In this document: positions 57,720 through 64,000 of the stretch, one piece after another
Layout of the letters: each line of letters opens with the position of its first letter
How positions within the stretch are numbered: the first letter of the stretch is position 1
Assembly (NCBI GenBank): GCA_046350135.1
Contig: JAXMBB010000004.1
Location: forward strand, 91,756-155,755
Length of the DNA: 64,000 nucleotides
Source: Gemmataceae bacterium
GTDB lineage: Bacteria; Planctomycetota; Planctomycetia; Gemmatales; Gemmataceae
Reading direction: 5' to 3'
The notes under the pieces: model-generated
Databases searched by the model: none
What the model saw: only the letters and a program-made list of their open reading frames with translations
What the model was told of the DNA's origin: nothing
Program-made: the position numbers and the translations under genes

Positions 57720-57872
57720 TCAACGGCTCTTCCGGGGCCGCCAGTCCGACGCCGGCTTCGCTTGCACCGGCTTCGTGGCATGCAGCACATAAGCGAGTTC
57801 GAGCAGGATTTCCGTCACGGGCCGCGTCGGAACCGGGCGAGGCGAACGGAAAGTCGGATATGTCGCGGTCAT
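57720..57872 (-). CDS. Small basic hypothetical protein (50 aa)
   Basis: MTATYPTFRSPRPVPTRPVTEILLELAYVLHATKPVQAKPASDWRPRKSR; GGAG 6 nt before ATG; sigma54-like promoter upstream. Confidence 0.6.
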   Translation of the reverse strand: MTATYPTFRSPRPVPTRPVTEILLELAYVLHATKPVQAKPASDWRPRKSR

Positions 57873-57910
57873 CGGCATCTCCAAGACAGGGGACCGATCG
57901 ATCCGGAAAC

Positions 57911-57926
57911 AGCACTCCGCGTGCCA
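57911..57926 (-). promoter_or_regulatory. Sigma54-type -24/-12 promoter
   Basis: Minus strand TGGCACGCGGAGTGCT versus consensus TGGCACG-N4-TTGCW, with exact GG/GC spacing. Confidence 0.6.
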
Positions 57927-58075
57927 GTCTGAAAATACCCCGTTCCGGGCCCCGAGTGTTGCGAAAATCGGCACGGATTCGCGCAGGACTGGGCGATCCC
58001 GACACATTCGGCGAGCTGCGGGTTTCGAAGGGTTTGCACTTCGTACTTGCCGCGCGTTGCGAGTACAATTCGCGT

Positions 58076-59425
58076 GTGACTTTGCTGCCAACCACTCGCC
58101 GATCACTGTTGCGCGTCGGAGGGGCCGGCCTCTTCGGCCTGTCGTTCCCGCAGTTCCTTCACGCCGTGGAGAAGGCGAAGCCCAAGGCATCCGCGAAGGC
58201 CGTCATCTTCCTGCATCAGTGGGGCGGGCCCGGCCAGCACGAGACATTCGATCCGAAGCCGGACGCCCCGGACAACGTCCGCGGGTGGTACGGTGCGACC
58301 AAGACCAAGCTGCCCGGTGTGATCTTCGGCGAACGCATTCCGAAACTGGCCGCGATGGCCGACCGCTTCACCGTGATCCGCTGCCTCCAGCACACGATGA
58401 AGAACCACAACTCGGCCGGATACTACTCGCTCACCGGCGTGGCCCCGCCGACGGACGACCAGCGCCTCCGCGATTCGCTCGAACTGTTCCCCGCCTACGG
58501 ATCGATCGTGGACAAGCTCGCGCCCGGCGCACCGGGCGTGGCCACGTTCGTTTCCTTCCCGCACGTGATTGCGGACGGCTCGATCACGCCGGGGCAGCAC
58601 GCCAGCTTCCTCGGCAAGTCGCACAACCCGTTGTTCGTGAACCAGGATCGAACCCGCGCCGACTTCCGACCAGGAACTGACCTTGCCCGAGGCAGGCGTC
58701 GGACGACTCGAAACTCGCAAGGATCTGCTGAAACTCATCGATGAACAATCGGACCTGCTCGAGAAGTCATTCCTCGCGCAAGGGCTGGACGAGACTTATC
58801 AGAAGGCGGTGGCGATGCTCACGTCGCCGCGCTTCAAGCAGGCCTTCGACCTCGCGAAGGAGAGCAAGGCCACCCGCGACAAGTACGGCCGCACGAGCTA
58901 TGGCCAGTCGTGCCTGCTCGCCCGCCGCGTGGTGGAAGCCGGCGCCGAGAAGTTCGTGAACGTGTACTTCTCGCGCGCGATCGGCGGGGCGGGGCAGGGG
59001 TGGGACTACCACGGCTTCCGCGGCGAAAGCGTGACCGGCCGCTTGGACGAACTTTTGCCCATGACCGACCAGACGCTTCCCGCCCTGCTCACCGACTTGG
59101 ATGAACGCGGCCTCTTGGAGGGCACGCTGGTGGTGTGGGTGGGCGAGTTCGGCCGCACGCCGCGCATCAGGCTCGAACAGCGGCCGCGACCTGGCCGCAG
59201 TGCTACTCCGCGGTGCTCGCGGGCGGCGGAGCGAAGAAGGGATTCGTGTACGGCTCCAGCGACAAACTCGGTGCGTACCCGACCACGGGCCAGGCCCGCC
59301 CCGAGGATCTCGCCGCCACCATGTTCCATGCGTTGGGCATCGATCCCGAAACCGAGATTGTCGATAAGCTGAAACGCCCGCTGCCCATCGCCCGCGGCAA
59401 ACCGCTGCTCGACGTGCTGAATTGA
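58076..59425 (+). pseudogene. DUF1501 family protein with Tat-like leader, broken by at least two frameshifts (probably sequencing errors)
   Basis: TRRSLLRVG, GGPGQHETFDPKP, YGRTSYGQSCLLARR, WDYH, GEFGRTPR, WPQCYSAVLAGGG spread over three ORFs (breaks near 58670 and 59175). Confidence 0.85.
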
Positions 59426-59566
59426 AGCCGCTCCGAATTTCGGCGAGACTTCTTGCCCCGTCCGCGGTTCAACGGATATAGTGATGTTTGATGTGTTCGG
59501 TGGGGTTACCTTCAACCTCCTCCACTCCAGGGTTTCCGTTTCCATCCCTTTGAGGAGGGTTGTGTG

Positions 59567-59860
59567 ATGTTCGGATTCATTCCCGGTCTCGGCACGCCCG
59601 AGATGATCGTGCTGCTCGTGCTCGGCATTCTGCTGTTCGGCCGCAAACTTCCGGAACTCGGTCGCTCCGTCGGCAAGACGCTCGTTGAGTTCAAGAAGGG
59701 GATGAAGGGCATCGAGGACGAAGTCCATGAGTCGTCCGCTCCGCGCGCGTCGATCGAACCTGAGCCGGTCCGCCCGCCCCAACGCGTGACGCCGTCTTCG
59801 AAGCCGACCTTCGACGACGCCCCCGCGACTCCGGCCTCCAGCGTTCCTCCGAAGATTTGA
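59567..59860 (+). CDS. tatA: Twin-arginine translocase TatA/E subunit
   Basis: GLGTPEMIVLLVLGILLFGRKLPELGRSVGKTLVEFKKG; GAGGAGG RBS. Confidence 0.92.
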   Translation: MFGFIPGLGTPEMIVLLVLGILLFGRKLPELGRSVGKTLVEFKKGMKGIEDEVHESSAPRASIEPEPVRPPQRVTPSSKPTFDDAPATPASSVPPKI

Positions 59861-59955
59861 GACCATTTGCGTGCCCGGCGAGCGCGAACCTTGACGTTCG
59901 CCGGGCATCCATTATCAATACACTGCGGCGTGCGAGCAGGGCTCGTTCGCCTCAC

Positions 59956-60028
59956 GGGCGATTAACTCAGTGGCTAGAGTGCGTTCTTCACACGGACGAA
60001 GTCACAGGTTCAAATCCTGTATCGCCCA
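59956..60028 (+). tRNA. tRNA-Val (CAC)
   Basis: Acceptor GGGCGAT/ATCGCCC; D arm; anticodon stem CGTTC/GGACG with loop TTCACAC; T arm ACAGG-TTCAAAT-CCTGT; CCA not encoded. Confidence 0.95.
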
Positions 60029-60150
60029 CTCTGCCTTACTCACGACAACGTAGCGGTTTACGCTAACCTCCGGACGGTCCGGAGTGCGGTCTGGGAAAGA
60101 AGGCGATTTCCGTAGTCTACGGAACTTCGCTTGTTTTCTGACGCACTCCC

Positions 60151-61443
60151 ATGACGCGAACCCACACTCCCAAGCTTTGCCGGCACCGATCCCAACAACA
60201 GGGATACGTCACCATTCAGGGCCGGGAACACTACCTCGGCCACTGGCCATCCAAGTCCGGCAAGCAGGCTCCTGCCGCCGTCCGCTCCGCCTACGACGAC
60301 CTGATTGCCAAGTGGCTGGCAAACGGACGTCGCCTTCCGGATGAGCGCCCTCCCGTCACCGTCAACGAACTCCTGCTCGGGTACCTGAAATGGGCCGAGT
60401 CCCATTACATCCCCAAGCGACCGAAGGACGACCAGAATCGGTTCATCCGCTATGCCGCGGCCACGGTTCGTGAACTCTTCGGGCGCAGCGCGGCCGCTGA
60501 GTTCGGACCGAAGAAGCTTTGCGCCGTCCGACAGCGGATGATCGAGCGCGGCTGGTGCCGGAGCACCATAAATGCCCAAGTCGATCGTGTCCGTCGCATC
60601 TTCAAATGGGGTGTTGCCGAGGAACTCATCCCCGGCACTGTCTACCACGCTCTCCGCGCCGTCGAGAGCATTCGGCGTGGAACACCGGGAGTTCGCGACA
60701 CCGAGCACGTGCGCCCCGTGCCGATGGAGGTTGTGGACGCGACACTGTCTTTCTTACCCTTCACCATTCAGTCCATGGTGCGAGTGCAGATGATGACTGG
60801 GATGCGACCGGGCGAAGTGTGCCAACTGCGTGCCTCCGACATCGACACTTCCGAAGTGGATGGAATCTGGAAGTTTCGGCCCGCGCAACACAAGACTGAA
60901 CATCATGGGCACGATCGCGTGATCATGATCGGGCCGGAAGCAAGAAGGGAACTTGGTCCGTTCATGGCTCGTGCGGACGAATACATCTTCAGTCCGAGGT
61001 CGGCCGAGAATGTGCGGAACGCCGAGCGCAGAAAGAACCGGAAGTCCGCGATCACTCCCAGCCACAGGACTCGACAGCCGAAGGCGAATCCAAAACGTCG
61101 GAAACGAGAACGGTACGACGAGACCAGCTACCGGAACGCCGTTTACCGCGCATGCGACAAGGCATTCCCTCCGCCTGTGGAACTGGCATGCGTACCCGGT
61201 GAGTCGGCGCGACAATGGCTCGGCCGACTAAGGGCGGATCAGCGTGTGGCACTCCGCGACTGGCGAAGAAAGCACCGGTGGCATCCCAATCAACTCCGAC
61301 ACTTGGCCGCAACTCGCATCCGCCGGGAGTTCGGCATTGAAGCCGCGCGTGCGATTCTCGGACATTCCCGTTTGACGACAACCGAGGTGTATGCGGAGGT
61401 CGATCAATTGAAGGCGGCGCAGATCATGACGAAGATCGGGTAG
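60151..61443 (+). CDS. Tyrosine recombinase / site-specific integrase
   Basis: TGMRPGEV (R), HKT (K), PNQLRH, ILGH, TEVY (Y); N-terminal GYVTIQGREHYLG arm-binding-like domain. Confidence 0.94.
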   Translation: MTRTHTPKLCRHRSQQQGYVTIQGREHYLGHWPSKSGKQAPAAVRSAYDDLIAKWLANGRRLPDERPPVTVNELLLGYLKWAESHYIPKRPKDDQNRFIRYAAATVRELFGRSAAAEFGPKKLCAVRQRMIERGWCRSTINAQVDRVRRIFKWGVAEELIPGTVYHALRAVESIRRGTPGVRDTEHVRPVPMEVVDATLSFLPFTIQSMVRVQMMTGMRPGEVCQLRASDIDTSEVDGIWKFRPAQHKTEHHGHDRVIMIGPEARRELGPFMARADEYIFSPRSAENVRNAERRKNRKSAITPSHRTRQPKANPKRRKRERYDETSYRNAVYRACDKAFPPPVELACVPGESARQWLGRLRADQRVALRDWRRKHRWHPNQLRHLAATRIRREFGIEAARAILGHSRLTTTEVYAEVDQLKAAQIMTKIG

Positions 61444-61472
61444 GTTTCGATGGTCGGACACACAGCCATAGG

Positions 61473-62489
61473 ATGATGCCGAAGCATTTCTCGAAAGCGG
61501 TTGCCCCACGGAGTAGGAGGATGAAACGTGCCGTGTTCGAGGTCGTGCAAGTCGCGAACCTTGACATGCTTGCGTGGCTGGGAGACCAATTTCGGGCCGA
61601 GTCGGCTCGTACGAGGAATCTCTTCCATGCGACGCGTCTCCTTGTCGATCCTGATGAGGATCCCGTCGCGAATCTGGAATCCGACTGGAGCGAGTTCAGG
61701 CTCCGAACGCCATTTGCGTTCGGCTCGATCCGCAGGCCCGTAAGCGGATTCCAGCACGCATGCTTTCATGGCGATGAAAGCCTGGTGGATCGGTTTGTCG
61801 CACTGGCACTTCTCGCGTGCCAGAACTTCCCGGAAGCCTACCTTCCGATGCGAGTCCTCACGCCCGGTGCCCGAGCCGGAGCACATTTCTGGATGCTTGC
61901 CGTCCATCAAGTTGCGCTTCAAACGGGTGGAAGCAACTCGGTGAAATGGAGCGGATCGGACAACTCGCCTGCTGAAGACTCCTCGTCGCCTCCGTGGCCC
62001 GGTATGCTCGTCACCGATCTTCGGCAGGACATTGATCGCAGCCGGGACGATTTGATTCGCTGGCAGCAACACGAAATCGCACGGACCGGTCGGAGAAAGG
62101 CAAGGTACATCTACGCCACGCTGAGGAAAGATGTGTTCACGGCATCGGCGCAGGCGATCGACTACCTGGTGACGAATGAGAAGTCGCTGTTTATGGCCTA
62201 CGATCCCGATTCTCTTGGCGGGCCAGAGGGAGGTCTCTCGACGAACAAGCAGCGAGAACCCGAGTTGGAAGCCGAAGAGATGGCCAGCCATCCGAACGCC
62301 TCCCGAGATACCTGGATGAACAAGCTGGCCGAGCAGGGAAAGTCCTTCAAGGAAATCCACCGTCAACTTAAGAACGCATTCAAGCAACGAGACTGGAACC
62401 CCCTCGGAGACCCCCGCGCGGTCTCCATGGCGATCACGCGATATCGTGCGCGTCACGGTTTGCCACCAATCAAACGAAGAGATCGCTGA
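61473..62489 (+). CDS. Hypothetical protein with possible C-terminal HTH
   Basis: 338-aa ORF (alternative ATG 61521); C-terminal EQGKSFKEIHRQLK...AVSMAITRY. Confidence 0.6.
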   Translation: MMPKHFSKAVAPRSRRMKRAVFEVVQVANLDMLAWLGDQFRAESARTRNLFHATRLLVDPDEDPVANLESDWSEFRLRTPFAFGSIRRPVSGFQHACFHGDESLVDRFVALALLACQNFPEAYLPMRVLTPGARAGAHFWMLAVHQVALQTGGSNSVKWSGSDNSPAEDSSSPPWPGMLVTDLRQDIDRSRDDLIRWQQHEIARTGRRKARYIYATLRKDVFTASAQAIDYLVTNEKSLFMAYDPDSLGGPEGGLSTNKQREPELEAEEMASHPNASRDTWMNKLAEQGKSFKEIHRQLKNAFKQRDWNPLGDPRAVSMAITRYRARHGLPPIKRRDR

Positions 62490-62620
62490 ACCGAGTCCGG
62501 AAGCACAAACACCTCAATCTTGTTCCGTTGAGTTCCTTTCCCTTCATCGACTCCGAATCCGGGCCTCCCAAACTGCAAGTAGGTGCAATTCGTGCACTGT
62601 TTTGCGAAGCGAGGCCAGCC

Positions 62621-62935
62621 GTGATCAATATCCAATCCGAGCAACTCCTCACCCTGTCTGCACTCTCAAAGAGACTTCCTCGTCACCGTAAGAATCGGCC
62701 AGTCCACCCCTCGACGTGCCACCGTTGGCGAAACCCAGGCGTTCGCGGGATCCGGCTGGAGTGCATCCGCATCGGCGGAATCTGGCATACGACGCTCGAA
62801 GCCTTCCAGAGGTTCTGCAACTGCTTGACCGAGGCCGAGCAACTCGCCTCCGGGTACTCCTCTCAAGCCGCATCCAATGCTCAGACCGTGAATCAGGATC
62901 GAATCGAAGAGGAACTCCGTACACGCGGGGCGTAG
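62621..62935 (+). CDS. DUF1580 family winged-HTH (excisionase-like) protein
   Basis: INIQSEQLLTLS...PVHPSTCHRWRNPGVRGIRLECIRIGGIWHTTLEAFQRF; GAGG RBS, GTG start. Confidence 0.85.
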   Translation: MINIQSEQLLTLSALSKRLPRHRKNRPVHPSTCHRWRNPGVRGIRLECIRIGGIWHTTLEAFQRFCNCLTEAEQLASGYSSQAASNAQTVNQDRIEEELRTRGA

Positions 62936-62999
62936 CAACATCGTTTGTCGTCGCACGCCACTCAAGAACCGCACAAACGAGGCCGACGTGGAGCACGCA

Positions 63000-63893
63000 A
63001 TGCAAAAGAAACGCTCAAAGTTGACGCAGACGAGTCCGCGCTTGGAGGCTGCCGCACTCACGGATCTCGTGCCCCATCCGGACCAGTCAAAGTATTTCCG
63101 CACGTACGGCACGTTCGAGTATGAAGCGCTCAAGAACGACATCGCCGCCAACGGCGTGACCAACCCGATCACAGTGCTCCCAGCGGGAAACGCAGCGGGT
63201 CTGCCGTCGCAAACGATCCTCTTCGGCCACACTCGCAAGAAGATCCTCCTCGAACTCGGGCACGCGAGTGCGAACGTCCTTGTGCGCTTCGACCTGCTCG
63301 ATGCCACGCGAGCCGAAGTCGATGAGCTTTTCTTGATGGACAACGTTGCACGTCGACAACTGGATCGGCTGGGCCAGGCCAGGGCCGCAGTCGGACTTTA
63401 CCTGATCGAGAAGGCGAAGAAGGGGCGGCATGTCAGCGGCGATCCGCTTCAACACGGAGAACTGAGGGATCGGATCGGCAGAATCATTCAGATGAGCGGA
63501 CGGAATCTGGCTCGGTATCTGAACGTACTGAACGCGCCGTCCGAAGTGCAGGACGCATTCGAAGCCCGAGCGATCAGTCTTCAAACCGCTTCTCGGGTTG
63601 TGACTCTCCCGCAGCTACAGCGCGAGCGGTTGGCCAAGCGACTTCAAGCCGGCGAGGAACCCAAGAGCGTCTTCAAGGATTTCTTTTCCGACAAGTCGGG
63701 CGTCCACGTGAAGCCCAATGATGCGCTCGCTTCATTCGTGAGGTCGCTGGAAGCGGCGCAAGCGGACCTCGGTCACCGAATCAGTGAAGTCAGAAGCAAT
63801 CCCGTGCGCGCCCATGAAGCGGCTCTTCGCCGCGGCCGGAAACTGATCCGCGCACTGCTGGCGAAACTGGAGCCGCCATCGCCGGAAACGTGA
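63000..63893 (+). CDS. ParB/Srx-like N-terminal domain protein with HTH
   Basis: LVPHP, LKNDIAANGVTNPITV, ILFGHTRKK, DNVARRQL, GELRDRIGRIIQMSGRNLARY; GGAG RBS. Confidence 0.8.
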   Translation: MQKKRSKLTQTSPRLEAAALTDLVPHPDQSKYFRTYGTFEYEALKNDIAANGVTNPITVLPAGNAAGLPSQTILFGHTRKKILLELGHASANVLVRFDLLDATRAEVDELFLMDNVARRQLDRLGQARAAVGLYLIEKAKKGRHVSGDPLQHGELRDRIGRIIQMSGRNLARYLNVLNAPSEVQDAFEARAISLQTASRVVTLPQLQRERLAKRLQAGEEPKSVFKDFFSDKSGVHVKPNDALASFVRSLEAAQADLGHRISEVRSNPVRAHEAALRRGRKLIRALLAKLEPPSPET

Positions 63894-64000
63894 CTCACGC
63901 TGTCGCGAGCGTCCCGACTCCTCCGCTGGCTGAGGGGCGGGGTGCCGGACACCGTGTCCGGAAATGATGTCCTGGTGGTCGGTATTTCTGGTTTTGAAGT

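Larger units (their letters stand above)
60029..64000 (+). mobile_element. Left end of an integrative element inserted at tRNA-Val (continues beyond the window)
   Basis: Integrase about 120 bp after the tRNA 3' end; visibly lower GC and weaker GC3 bias; DUF1580 and ParB-like genes follow. Confidence 0.8.

Noticed and set aside
57968-57984. Plus-strand sigma54-like site upstream of DUF1501 (CGGCACGGATTCGC)
   Set aside because: GG-to-GC spacing is off by one base.

Overview
High-GC bacterial chromosome segment whose gene content points to a Planctomycete, probably Gemmataceae (inference). The signs are four eukaryote-like Ser/Thr kinases, DUF1501, DUF1080, an LEDRLTPA/FG-GAP protein, H4MPT genes, DUF1580 and planctomycete-type palindromic repeats. 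Housekeeping genes: asnS (partial), ilvD, ilvC, rny, mptG, tatA and tRNA-Val(CAC). Accessory modules: a vWA-PP2C-kinase (TerY-P-like) triad with a very large membrane-anchored kinase and a divergent kinase-FGE gene; a MarR/flavin halogenase/antiporter operon; a kinase-cyclase-STAND-TPR fusion; a small ORF-HNH pair; and the left end of a tRNA-Val-integrated element (tyrosine integrase, DUF1580, ParB-like). Most notable non-annotated signals: a ~157-nt self-closing structured RNA with its own sigma70 promoter upstream of rny (6S-like candidate), a sigma54-type promoter driving a 50-aa ORF, a UrtR/TamR-type operator in front of ilvC, a palindromic repeat read in-frame in a hydrolase, and several apparent pseudo-enzymes. 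Four genes have reading-frame breaks that look like sequencing errors. All calls come from reading motifs by eye; no database searches were run.
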